A stretch of DNA of 38,830 bases, taken from assembly GCA_000934665.2 (NCBI GenBank), contig KZ538951.1, positions 1 to 38,830 on the forward strand, in the 5' to 3' direction. The DNA is from Catajapyx aquilonaris. Taxonomy: Eukaryota. The notes below the pieces were generated by a model, which had not been told where the DNA came from, did no database searches, and worked only from the letters and a program-made list of their open reading frames with translations. The stretch's first letter is position 1, and every line of letters starts with the position of its first letter. The position numbers and the translations under genes were made by a program. Below are positions 1 to 11,585 of this stretch, piece by piece.

Positions 1-1922
1 AGTACAAGGCCCTGCCACACTTCTCCTGTGGCGCGGGGGAGCGCCCGTCTGTGATTGGCCGGATAGAAGAGCCATGTTCCTCTGGCCAGACGTTTGTTGG
101 TGTAGTCGTAGTGAGAGACTGAGAGGTTCTCCCACCCATACGCCACCTGTTATCGGCAGGAGGCACTGACGCTTGCTACCACAGCCGAGAGAGGGCTCTG
201 AGGCCACGTCTGTAAATTTCATTTCTTGGCCAATTATTTAGGCATAAGTGCGTGTTAAAATTGGCAGACAATACGTGGGAAATGTGTGCAATGGTACCGT
301 GAATGGGGAGGGTTGGCAGAAAAAGTTATTCCAGGGCCCATGAAATTTCGGCGATAGAGTTTATTGGCCGGTGAGGTGTGCGAGATGGGCTTATTACGGG
401 ATGACAAGGGGTCTCTGGAGTGTGGATCTTTAGCTTTGCGCAGTGGCGATATCGTACCCAATGAGGTCCAACCGAGGGGCGATTATTGCTAGTTGAAAAC
501 TTTTCCCAATACCCCGCCTGGTCGTCGTGCAATACCGACGGTCACGGCAATTTTTGAACGCCTCTACGGGGGCGGATAATCCAATCGAAAGACAATTATT
601 CAAGCCTGAATGGGCACGAGATGTTCTTGACCTGCCAGTAATATTGTTGACGCAGGTGACATGCAAATAATTATAATCGCGTTTATGTCATTATTGAATT
701 GGATATTGATTATAGTGCTATTTTAAGGCTAAATGGATAATGCCTAATTGTAAATTAGCTGATACATCAAATGTATATTATTTCATCAACGTGCCATTTA
801 TTTATTTGTGTGAAGGCCAGTTCCTAAAACCAGCAGCACAAAGTGTTTGCATGGACTGGGTCATGACCAGATTATAAAGCAAGGTCAGGGAGATACCATA
901 TAGATAGTGAATTAAGAACTTTAATTCATCCAATTCTTACACCAGTTTCATACCAATTCTTCAGGAATATGCTTGGGGTGTTTAGTTACAAGTACTGGCA
1001 TCACAAGAGCAACAAATGACTTTCAACTATAACATTGATAATAAGATTAATAACTATTGAAAGCATGTTATGTTAGTACTCTTCACTGGCTGGATTAAAA
1101 ATAGATATACAGGTTGTTCCAAGTATCATGGTGGTATTTGTGTAGCTTATTGCACCCCAATTTAGGTGCCCAATTATTCCCAGGTGGTCGACTTCAGCAG
1201 TTGCTGTAGCATAATTGAGCATCTAATCAAGGGGTAACAAGCTACAAAAAATAATGGCATTGGGGGGAAAATGTTCACATAACTAAAGCCAATGGCATAC
1301 TTGCAAAAAAGGCCACGTATAAAATGAATATAATACAGCTACATCTTGAAGCAGGATAAGGTGAGACAGAACGGAGAAGAGCGTAGGAACAAGAGGGATG
1401 AATGTGACAAGGTAGTGCCAGATTGGCCATTCCAAGCGTTATGGTAGTATAGTACAGTTGTCGAGACACTAGAGAGGTCTGTAATGGTTCAATATCCCAA
1501 ATAAACTGAAGCATTCAAGCATGCACACATTTTATCTCCTCCGAAATTGTCATATTAGAGATGTTTTATTGTGCTCCAGGTTGCACGTAACAGTAACCTC
1601 CCAAGAAAAGTGTGTACACAAATAAAGACAAAGTCAACTTACCTGTTGTACTTTCTGTCAAATGGTAGCCATCCTTGCTCACCTCTCTCACAAATTGTAC
1701 AAGCCAAGGAGAGCTTCTCAAGCACCTTTATATTGATGGTTGGTACTACCTGGAGGGAATGAATAACAGGGCCCTTTGAGGAAATCTTAAAGGAGCAAGG
1801 GTAATACAGAATGCTAATGGAATTTTTTTTCAAGGTCCTCAAATTGAAACAAGAGAAAATAACGGGAGGTGTAACAGGTGTTTCTTGACTCCATATTTAT
1901 TTCCCTGGCTTATTCTTGACAG

Positions 1923-4360
1923 ATGGGTGTTCCGCTACAATGCAGCGGTGACCCGCCAGCGCTTTGAAGAACACAGGCATGAAAAAGACATGCGCAAGGC
2001 AAAGCTTCTGCTGGAGCAAGGGGAGAAGGAGCTGTGGTCCATCCAGCACTACCAGCCCAGGAAGTGTAAGTATCTCCGGTATTTCCCAAGGGGAGCACAA
2101 GGGCCACAGACTATTGTGGAGTAGAATTGTTCAACAACACACTCTCTGAAGGACTAACTTGACTAACTGAGGCACTGCAGAACTTATGTCAAGTAAGCCC
2201 CACTGCATCATTTTTACAAGTACTTAGGGTCAGTCAAAAATATGCATTTCTAATTGGGACCTTAGCTTGGACATAGTTTCAAGCTGTTATGTTATGCCAG
2301 TGACACTTTTCAGGTTTTGTTCCAGCTATTCTCCAAGTATGTAACATAGCAGGATGCCTGGACCTCGTCTCCACCGCCCTCAGAAGTACAAGCATAATTA
2401 GGGAAAAATTATTGGCAGGACTGAATTTTACAATTTGATTTATTGATGAGCTTCAGGCAATGTGGCCTGACCTGTCCCACTGAATTATTAAGTCAGTCCC
2501 CCAGTTTTGAAGGCAGCAACCAGATAACAGTAGGCAGGCCTCTCATCTATGTAAGGCTACCCACAATGCACAATTAGTCAATGCAACGTCCCTATTGTGG
2601 AGAAGACTTGGCAATTTTTCATAGTAATGGCCACTTGTCTTCACCCAGATTATAACTGGCTTGATGGGAAAATTCTTTTGTTAAAGGGAACTGTTGCACA
2701 TAGTGTAACACATTTGCAGGCCAGCTACTAAGAGCCACTTGCATTAACATGTGTTAAGGTTAACTATGGAGTTAGTCTATATGTAAACAACAGATAACTC
2801 CGTAGTTAACACTAACTCACATTCATTACAACCAGCCATTACTGATTTAGTAAATTGTAAAATAAGTTTTTAGCACTCTTTGATTCATTATGTCATGGAT
2901 TGCTTCTTTCTCACCATTTTCAACATGCTAGCTTCCAGACATTGTGAAACATTAACATGCTATAGTCAAGTGGATAATTGACTTTCAAGGATTCCAAGTC
3001 AATTTTGGAAGGTTCATTGACAAAAAGGGTAACAAGGGTACAGAGTACAGTACACTCTTGGGTACAATTTTGTCAAGCAGTCCGGGTACGTCCACAACAG
3101 GAAAGCATAACCACTCTTAATCCAATGATTATAATTATGTTTCAATACTCCATTCAAATTTTAGCCAATCCACCACAACTATTGCTCTGCTTGGAAGTTA
3201 AAAAAAGAAAGAAAGTGGATGTATGAAGTTGGAATTACTTCTACTTGACTGTTATCACACTGTAGGCTAACATGTTTCAAATGTCAGGTGCAAGCCATAT
3301 TGTGTATCCACGTAATGATCTTGCCTCGAGTTGGCAGCTTAGTGAAAGGTGGGTGCATATGAAATCTGCACAATTCTTAGAGAGGATCCCATCTTGAATC
3401 AGCAGTTTACATAATATTACCACCATTATGGTGCAATGCTGCTTATCTAGTTCATTTGAGCAGTTGCCACCATTCCAGGGAAAAAGGCTATCCTTTTGAT
3501 ATACAGGGTGAAGGGAAACTCGCGGACAATCACCAGGTGGACTGATAGTACTCATAAAAGAATATAGGGATGTGCAATTAGTTTTGGGCGCCATTGCATA
3601 GTTAATGCTTACTACGTCATAAAAGTTTCGTGACATCACATCCATTCTGCCAGCTTCCAAGAAGCAAAAGCCTACTCAAGGGCCTAATACGTATTTATTT
3701 GACTATCCTAGCCATTATAGCTCTTTCCCCAACTCAAGGGCCTCCGAACAATCTGGCCTTGGTTCTGTAACACATCGTCCACGTACAATAGGTGATCAAA
3801 TCCCGTCAGAGTAAGAATCCGGGTACGCCACCCGTGCACTTTGTCGGTTTTACCTCATATTTTACCATCTGGCCATCTACACTTTAAAGGCACTGTACCC
3901 ATTCACTATGCAACGGCGCCCAAAACTAATTGCACATCCCTATATTAGTTTTGCAAGTACTATCAGTCTACCTTGCGAATTATCTGCGAGTTTCCCTTCA
4001 CCATGTAGGCTATACAGTATCAGTCAAGATTGTAATTTTATGAGAGAATTCAAAGGCAACTATTTGCTATTTGTACTAACCCAAATCCTATAGAAATTCT
4101 ACCATAAATTTAGAGCAATTATTAATTTCCCAATGCTGCACTACATCTGCTTTTGATTTTTAATTACAGTCCCACTGTCTCCCGGAGGTGTTGCATATGA
4201 ACGTGATGTAGTACCACCTGATTGGGTTCTTGACTACTGGCACCCTATGGAGAAGTCTCAGTACCCAGAGTACTTTGCCCGCCGTGAGCAGCGCAAGAAA
4301 GAGTACTTGGAGTGGTGGGAGAAGCAGTATGGGAAGCCAGACAGCAACCCAGCACATTGA
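1923..4360 (+). CDS. NDUFB9: NADH dehydrogenase (ubiquinone) 1 beta subcomplex subunit 9 (B22, LYR family); 5'-partial, last two coding exons
   Basis: Exon 1923-2065 (ag|atgg ... aagt|gtaag) encodes WVFRYNAAVTRQRFEEHRHEKDMRKAKLLLEQGEKELWSIQHYQPRK. Exon 4170-4360 (tacag|tc, phase 1) encodes FPLSPGGVAYERDVVPPDWVLDYWHPMEKSQYPEYFARREQRKKEYLEWWEKQYGKPDSNPAH*. The SPGG..YER, LDYWHP.EK..YP.YF..REQRK motifs are typical of NDUFB9. AATAAA at 4406-4411. The LYR-containing first exon was not found. Confidence 0.95.
3504..4005. mobile_element. Tc1/mariner-type non-autonomous DNA transposon with long terminal inverted repeats, in an NDUFB9 intron
   Basis: TA|CAGGGTGAAGGGAAACTCGCGGACAAT ... ATTATCTGCGAGTTTCCCTTCACCATG|TA. 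The inverted similarity extends about 100 bp (e.g. AATATAGGGATGTGCAATTAGTTTTGGGCGCC and its reverse complement near 3925-3956). TA target duplication. Confidence 0.85.
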
Positions 4361-4846
4361 TCAGGAGAGGTTGTTGAAAGCCATAAGTGACACCTGTGTA
4401 GACCAAATAAAATAGAGTTTGAGATTCATCTGCTATTGTTGCATTATGGAGGATTTTTTATATATAAAAAACAGGATGTCATTATGGCTAAAGAGGTAGT
4501 GTATGTAGGTTTGGGGCAGGCTTCTTTTATTCCAATTGGAAATACAGTAATACTGGCTGGTAACGTCTGCATAGCATACACACACACACACAAAGCAGAG
4601 AAACAGAAAACAACAGGGTTGTTGTTAGGTGGTTAATTAAAAATAAAAAGGTGCATCCCACATTCGCTTGTTCTCTCTTTTGCTCATCGCCAGGCGTTAT
4701 TCATGTTTGTTTTATTGTTACATGAAGGCCGCATGCGCAAATTGAACCGTTCCTAAAACGAAGGTTACAAATCAAAAGAACGAACTTCAAACAGTGGGAA
4801 AAAGGATGTACAACATTTATTATACTCTCTTAAAAGGAAAAACAGG

Positions 4847-6855
4847 CTAGGTGTTGCCCTGACCTGGATCATCACCATCATCATCCTTACTTTTGATGTT
4901 GCGTCCACACAAGTCATACTTGTGATACTGGATGTCCTTGTCGTCGTCCTCCTCGCTGTCAGAAGAACACTCACTATCTGTTTGTGGGTAGTCAAGCAAG
5001 CCAGGGAGTACACCCACACACACCAGATTTGATTTTGTAGTCGAGGGTGTTGGTTTTGGGATGCTCCCTTGAAGCTCACTTGGCTCTGGTGCAGCATCCT
5101 TGGAGGTGGCTGAGTGGTAGGCATATAGCATCAGTTGAATAGCATGGTATTATTGCATAAGGTTTATGAGTGTATGGAGAAAATGAGGACAACAAAGAGG
5201 ATGAACATGGGAAATTTTTTCACTCTTTGATCAAGCTACCAGCAGTGGGCATGACCACAGCACCAGCTAATTTCCTTACGGGTGTCTCATGACGTCTTGG
5301 AAGGTGATTCAGAGCCATCAATAAATGCCTACCTGAATAATTAATTCCTTTCTAACCAAGAACTAACCACTAACCAAGACTAACTAAGAAGGTGACAGGC
5401 TGTCACAGTAGAGGAAAAGATTATTGATGAAAACAGTTTTCTGATACTGAGTAGCTATGTATCTGCAGCTTTGTATGAGATAGGATTAAAAATGCTAGTT
5501 GTCTTACTACAAAAAGAGGCAAAAATATATATCATAAATTTTACCGGGCTCACTTTTTGGGACAGATTACGATAACTCCTGCCAATAAATATATTTTCTG
5601 ACCATCACTTCAGTTACGGAAAGGAGGGCTCCCCCAAACTTCAACTTACCCTATCCAAGAATTTGCAAAACAAACAACTTTTAGTTTTAAGTATAATTAA
5701 GGGCGCCGGATACCTATGTGATTTTTCAGAATCGCGTTCCAAGTTTGGCCGAGTCACGGGTGCTGTCAGGGTGCGATCACACACAGGTGTAGGTTCTATG
5801 GGTTTTGAATGTTTAAAAAAAGAATGTAGTAGATCTCGAAACAGAAAGCAACTCACACTCCTCAACCCTGGCGACCTTCTCCGGGGCAGTTGCTGCTGGT
5901 TCTTCTTTAGAGGTACTTTTCCTCTTCACTGCCCCTGCCAGCATCTGTTTCTGGTTGGCCACTCCCTTGAAGGTCCTCTGAGGAGGAACTGAATCAGATG
6001 AGGGCTGCCCAGATTTGGATTTCCCTGAGTCCAAGCGCTGTAGCCTGCCCTGCATCTCCTGCTCCTTGAGAGTGGCCACAGCCTGGCGAAAGTCCTGCAG
6101 CTCCTTGGCCTCTTCCCGATTCTTTTTTCGCTCCTCTTCCATCTTGCTGCGGTCAACCAGGTCCAGGAAATCAACCTCATCATTGTCTAGGCCTTTAATC
6201 ATGTTCTCTAGTAAAGGTAAATAAATAAATCAATTCAAACATCAATGCACCAATTATGCAAAGGCTAGTCATTTCAGCAGAAATGCAGTCCTAGTGCTAG
6301 CTACAGTGTACCGAAGTACTAAATGAGCATGAAAAGAGCAACATTACTGAGCTTATGTGCCTCCTCGTACTCCTGCTGCTTCTTGACCTTCTGCTCCTGC
6401 AGTCTATCATAGAGAGAACGTGAATCGAACTCTTCCTCTGGCACCTCTGAAAAAATATTGCACGCTGTAAAACTCAAACGGTGGTGAGAAAAGGAACACC
6501 AAGTTGTACACGCCTCGTTATCAACAGACCCATCCGGAGACATTTCCTATTACCTGCCTCTATCTCTGCACCTGGACTAAAAATAAATAACATTTTGGTG
6601 CCACTTTAAGGAACACGATAAAGTCTTACTTCCCTCCCAAAGTGTTCTTTCATTTTTATGATAATTTCTCACCATGCATTTTTTACAGACACATAATGTG
6701 CTACAAAGGGCAGTTGCGCTCCCGGGGAGAGTGACGAGTGATCAAGTAATATACGGACCTAAGGGCTGGTCAGGCTTCCTGACTTTCTCCCATTCCTCCT
6801 GCCTCTTCTTCTTCCTCTCCTCCAGCTGAGTCTCTGAGATGAAACCTGAGCTCAT
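4847..6855 (-). CDS. PSME3IP1: PSME3-interacting protein (FAM192A/NIP30/PIP30), 4 exons, about 269 aa
   Basis: Exons 6855-6759 ([32 protein letters not shown]), 6446-6348 ([33 protein letters not shown]), 6207-5857 ([19 protein letters not shown]...[12 protein letters not shown]) and 5109-4847 (..[25 protein letters not shown]). All introns are GT-AG, phase 1 and frame-consistent. The N-terminal NIP30 domain and acidic Ser-rich C-terminal motif match the family. Confidence 0.95.
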
Positions 6856-7987
6856 TTTTGCTTGAGCAGATGCCCCTCTCCTTCAATCACTCCTAGCTCC
6901 TTGTTGCAGTCAATCTGCGGTTCAGCTACACCACCCAGCTAGGCCGCTGACTTGTGTCTGGGACGAGGGGAGAGAGGGTGACGGTGTGCAACTGGCAGCA
7001 AATGGCACAATCAGCCGTGTTATTCCGTCCTTCTCCCCCTTGCCGCCAGTTGCCACAGTAGGCTTACTCTGTATCGGTGCACCCACCCTGTTAATGAGGC
7101 CACCCACCCCCAGTTTCGACTCCAAAAATAACAAGAAGGGTCAAGCGTCGCAAACAAACAAGCAATGCAACCTGAGCGTCGACAGTGCAATGAGAAGGGG
7201 GAAACTGAAAAAAAAAAGCAGAGGACAACTCGTCGTCGCAAGGAGCCAGCCAGCCAGGTGGTGGAAGTGTATCGATACCATTCAATCTTCGATATATCAC
7301 AAATTTCTGTATCGATATATCGAAGATACGATATCTGATTTTTTCCCTGTCTTTTCGATCTTATTTCTGTACTTTCCGATTAATGATCCGATACGTATCT
7401 GATTTTATTTGCATCGATATGTAGCAGTATCGATATGCACTTGTGAGAAGAGCAAGAAGACCGTGAAAAAGACTGAAGGTGATGGAGGTCAGTAGTAGCG
7501 CAGCAGCGATTAGAGCTACTCGCAGATAGCGTAAGCTGTTCTTACTGCACATGTCCTGCCAGGACTTCATTAAGCCACCTGAAGCTAATATAGCTGCTAC
7601 TTGAGCTGCTACTTTCATCCCTTGCCGGAAGGTTGCGACCGAATAGCGGAGTGACCAATTCGGACTATCCCTCCCGGTAAGCCTTGATTTTGATTGGTGC
7701 ATTGATGCATTGTCTTGCGGTTAATTAGGGCGGAACCGGGCGGAACACTGTCGAACTGCGCTGTACTGATAGATCGTCATTCGCGAAAAGCGCTGTAATC
7801 ACACCTGCTGCTGTTTCAGGCCTGAACCATCACGATTCCACCTGGATTCGACATTGCCACTGTGACAATTCTTCGTTCCTGGTTCTGCATTGCTGTACAA
7901 TAACAAATCCGACGGTTTTTATCCCACGTTCACTAACGGCTTTGCATACTTTTCAGTGCTCTGTGATATTGATTCTGGTTTGATGAG
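6856..7987. promoter_or_regulatory. CpG-rich bidirectional promoter and 5' UTR region between PSME3IP1 and RABIF
   Basis: Divergent start codons are 1.13 kb apart. Perfect DRE TATCGATA at 7270, 7310 and 7428, CATCGATA at 7412, reverse CCAAT (ATTGG) at 7693, and tandem GGGCGGAAC at 7728 and 7738. Transcription start sites are not determinable. Confidence 0.7.
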
Positions 7988-8908
7988 ATGTCGTCCGCCT
8001 CAGCTACCGCAACAGTGAGTACGTCTGAGGGCATTTTGTCTTCAGATGGCAAGAACGCCAAAGACATCTTCTGTCCCAGATGCCCCTCCAAGATCCTCTG
8101 TAGTGGAGTTGCCACCTACCAACAGAGTGAGGTATTCATGTTTTTCCTCAACAAGAGCATGTCATGCTTAACCTTGCACAGATACAATGAAAATTTCAAC
8201 ACAGTAGACAAGCACATACAGCAAAAATAATCAGGTCCAATGTGATACAGCATCATTTTACCAGCTGTCGTGGCATGTTCATACAACATCTGTGCAGGAA
8301 TGAGAGTGATTGTGTCATTTGGTCTATCCTGGACGTTTTCCTTTAATAACAAAATGGGGCAGTGCTAAGAAGGTTTCAGTGTTATATGAGTTGAATGATA
8401 ATTGTGCAACCTGGAAGTTAAAATGACAAATCAAGGTGACAATTATTACAATGGAAATATGTTTCCTAAATGTAATTGACTTTTGAAAAATACTGAGTTA
8501 AATGTAGGATTTAGGTGATGGTTGTCAACCAGTAGCTTGATAGAGTCTACTCCGAGGCCTGCTTTCTGTAACTAACCAACAGACTGGTGCAACTCTCAGA
8601 TATTTGCATATTTTAATGTTAATAAGTGACACATATTAAGCCATAATTATTTCCCTTTTCTCTGCTTCCAGTTCAGCTTGCCACCGGTAAAGAAGAAACA
8701 GGACTCTTCTGCAGATGATTTGGGAGAGAAAGTGAGTGGAACTTTCATGGTGGATAACATGTATGCCTTTGAGAACGTTGGATTCTCCAACACTGTGGGT
8801 GAGGTCAAGTACTTGATCTGTGCAGACTGTGAAGTGGGTCCAATTGGGTGGCACCAGATTGATACCAAGAAGAGCTATGTTGCTGTCTCCCGGGTCAAAC
8901 AGCAATAG
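7988..8908 (+). CDS. RABIF: Guanine nucleotide exchange factor / Rab chaperone MSS4 (RABIF, Drosophila Stratum), 2 exons, 126 aa
   Basis: Exon 7988-8131 (..DGKNAKDIFCPRCPSKIL..; gag|gtattc) is joined in phase 0 to exon 8672-8908 (ccag|ttc; ..VDNMYAFENVGFSNTVGEVKYLICADCEVGPIGWH..SYVAVSRVKQQ*). It has two CxxC zinc pairs plus the FENVGF and KYLICADCE.GPIGWH Mss4 signatures. Confidence 0.96.
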
Positions 8909-9616
8909 GAGCTTTTATGCCAGGAGGCTGAAAAGAGGAACATTCCAGGATCCAGATATTGAAATAAATTTTATATTTCCTGCAGTAATGACGATAATGG
9001 CATTGTCTTTTTTACGCAAATACAACTTCACCAGAAGAATTCAAATAAAACCATGTAACAACTATAGCAGACAACAAAAAATACTGTCTTCTGCCATAGC
9101 ATACCTGATTCTAAATACAAATTCATTGTGGTATTGTGGTTAAGAAAAAGGTTGTTTACTCCATATGGTCAGTTCATCAGATTATCCAAGACTGCCCACT
9201 GAGCTATACTTACATGAAGTGCTTGCTACTTGTGATGCAGCTCGGCTTTAACATTTCTGTAAAGGTAGCAATGAGTGACTGTGTTTTCCTCAAAGAAGTT
9301 TTCATAAGTAGGCCTACATGACATTGAAATGAGGGTAATAGAGACTCATGCAAGCATGACAGACCATTTAATACGTGGGAGTTAGAGGTGGATTGAAGGG
9401 ACTATCAAACATGTCATGCTTGAAAGCTGCTTAAACAGTGGTAGTCTATTGAGGGTAAATTTAGTGCAAGTTTTAAGTAAAATTTTTGATAAAGTTGCTA
9501 CTGGGGTGTCATGCCACCACCCTTACCTACATAGACATTTGCTCTTGTTATGGTCATTTTGAAAAATAATTATTTTTTGCTATCTAACACAAGTACCTAA
9601 TTTCATAAGCATAGCT

Positions 9617-9658
9617 NNNNNNNNNNNNNNNNGGGGGAGAGAGAGAGAGAGAGAGAGA
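9617..9658. repeat. Assembly gap (N run 9617-9632) adjoining a (GA)n microsatellite
   Basis: 16 N bases followed by ggggg and (ag)n. Confidence 0.9.
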
Positions 9659-10344
9659 AGTACTGTATATTCAGATGATGTCACGTGTTGCAAAAGAAGG
9701 TTCTTTTTTTTCCTCGTCATATTCTGATTATATTTCATGTGGGTGTCCTTTATAGCTCAACAAATATCCAGGAAATCTACATAAGACGGCACATTTTGTC
9801 ACATGTGACTGTTGCCGTAGTGCCCTGTATCTGCGCAGTCTATTGCTGATTGTCATTAACCTTCAATTGGTAGGAAATGTCTTAATTTCAAATCTTTACG
9901 TCATCTTGGACAATAATGTAGAATTAATTGTAGATCATGGGTTGTAGTAACACATTCATTGGTGTGAAGTTAAGCAACACTTTATTGGCTCAAGATGTGT
10001 AGAATTCAGATGCAAGCTGGAGACTCCCTTTTATAAAGGCAGGATTGGAGGGTAAGGCAGCAGCACAGGACTGTCACATTACACCAGATTTCAAAAGGTG
10101 ATACTTACAAGGAAGAAGCCAGGCTGTGTACATATAATTTTCTTGGACCTATAATAACAAATTTTTAATGGATTTATTACCACTGTTGTCCCCACTGGGA
10201 AGTGGAAACTTTGAACCATGCTTGTGGTGGCAGCTTATTGTTATAGGTGACCCACATTATTATTTATTTCGGTCATGTTCAGTTTGTCTATCTTAAAAAG
10301 GATGTGATGCTAATTCACTGATTTCAACAAGTGTCTGTTTTTAA

Positions 10345-10813
10345 CCCTTAACTACGTAGGTGGAGCCTGAGAGGCTCCAAGCACTATTTAAACGCATGTA
10401 ACTTTTTCATTGAATTTTATTTTCCACTCTCCTTCCGTGACTTTGTCAGAAAAACCTTCCTAAGCATGAAAAGGAAAGAAAAATTTTTTTAGTCCCTATT
10501 CTTTGGTTTAAAAAAATTCGTAACGAGGAACAGGTCCCTCTAACCACTCAGGCTATCCCTATGCAGGTGAAGCCAGAGCGGCTCAAGTTGTTGATGTAAC
10601 CTTTTAATTAAAAAATTTTCCCTGTCAGAATATGCTGACTCAGAGTGTGATTTTTACGTTTTCGGAAGCCTAATGATTTGAACTGCACTTTCTGTATGTG
10701 AAAAGTCCAATATAACAATTTAGTTGATAAGCAGAAATTTAAATATACCGTTGGAGCCTCTCAGGCTCCACCTACGTAGTTAAAGGTGTTTCGCCCACCT
10801 ACGTAGTTAAGGG
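10345..10813 (+). mobile_element. piggyBac-like MITE, copy 1
   Basis: TTAA|CCCTTAACTACGTAGGTGG ... CCACCTACGTAGTTAAGGG|TTAA. It has a TTAA target duplication, CCC/GGG termini, an internal palindrome GGAGCCTGAGAGGCTCC and an internally duplicated TIR at the right end. A second copy lies at 14551-15029. Strand is arbitrary. Confidence 0.92.
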
Positions 10814-10906
10814 TTAATGAAAGTGCAGAACTTGAATTTAAGATACTTAGGTAACAATATATTTGATGAGATTACCTGATTCATCTTTGAGAATCTCATC
10901 AAATAT

Positions 10907-11268
10907 TGTTTTATTGTTTTATTTATTTTTTAATTACCCCGTGATGCAGCCGTAAGCTGCTTTAGGGGGGTGGCACACCACCATCAGTTTTCTATTATTT
11001 TTCCAGCTTCACTCTCCGGTGCAAGGAAACAGGGACATTTGGGAAAGGATGGGGATTGTTAGGGGAGGGGACACTTATGCAGGTGCAATGTCTTAAACCT
11101 TTGGGCCATGTGCAGTACCCCAGGATGTTAGGTTGCCAGACACCTCCTTGGTGCAGGTCAGAGACCCTCCTGATGCAGGTGAAAGGAAGTTCCCCAGGCG
11201 GGGATCGAACCTGGGACCTTTCACTCAGCAAGCCGAGACGTTACCATCTCGGCCACCACACCTCCCTG
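10907..11268 (-). mobile_element. tRNA-derived SINE, full length with target-site duplication
   Basis: The minus strand begins GGGAGGTGTGG, with A box TGGCCGAGATGG (11255-11244) and B box GGTTCGATCCC (11211-11201). A 3' stem-loop GCAGC-TTACG-GCTGC is followed by an A-rich tail. The 14-bp TSD ATCTCATCAAATAT is at 10893-10906 and 11269-11282. Confidence 0.9.
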
Positions 11269-11395
11269 ATCTCATCAAATATAGCGTAAGTTATTCATGG
11301 CATTACTTTGTGGCATATTTCACTCAATATGAACAAAATAATGATCTAAGATTCTAAGTGCTAGTTATGCCATATAAGCACATTATTGCCTATAT

Positions 11396-11583
11396 CAGCA
11401 TTTCTCAACCTTTTTACCCTTGTGGAACCACAGGGATCCCCTACATAAAAATTATTGTTATAGACCTATCAATGACTCAACAATACATTTACATATCATT
11501 ACCCCTGCATTACCCTATTCATATAACAATCTCTCGCAGAACTGCTTGCGATTGCTCATAGAACCCATGTTGAGATATGATAG
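11396..11583. mobile_element. Degenerate hAT-like MITE
   Basis: Left end CAGCATTTCTCAACCTTTTT and degenerate right end GAACCCATGTTGAGATATGATAG. No clean TSD. Confidence 0.45.
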
Positions 11584-11585
11584 TC

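Noticed and set aside
1571..1762. ORF containing RKVC as a possible NDUFB9 first exon
   Set aside because: It lacks the LYK/LYR..LR motif and a suitable phase-2 donor, so exon 1 is probably upstream of the window.
2759..2810. Small intronic inverted repeat GTTAACTATGGAGTTA / TAACTCCGTAGTTAAC
   Set aside because: Probably the core of a decayed fold-back MITE; there is no TSD or RNA-gene signature.
6986..7702. 138-aa (+) and 113-aa (-) ORFs in the bidirectional promoter
   Set aside because: No recognisable domain; expected chance ORFs in GC-richer promoter and UTR DNA.
8132..8671. RABIF intron donor GTATTCAT as a U12-type intron
   Set aside because: It does not match GTATCCTT and there is no TCCTTAAC branch site; it has an ordinary polypyrimidine acceptor.
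11190..11266. tRNA gene on the minus strand
   Set aside because: A and B boxes are present, but the region continues into a body, A-rich tail and 14-bp TSD, so it is a SINE head.
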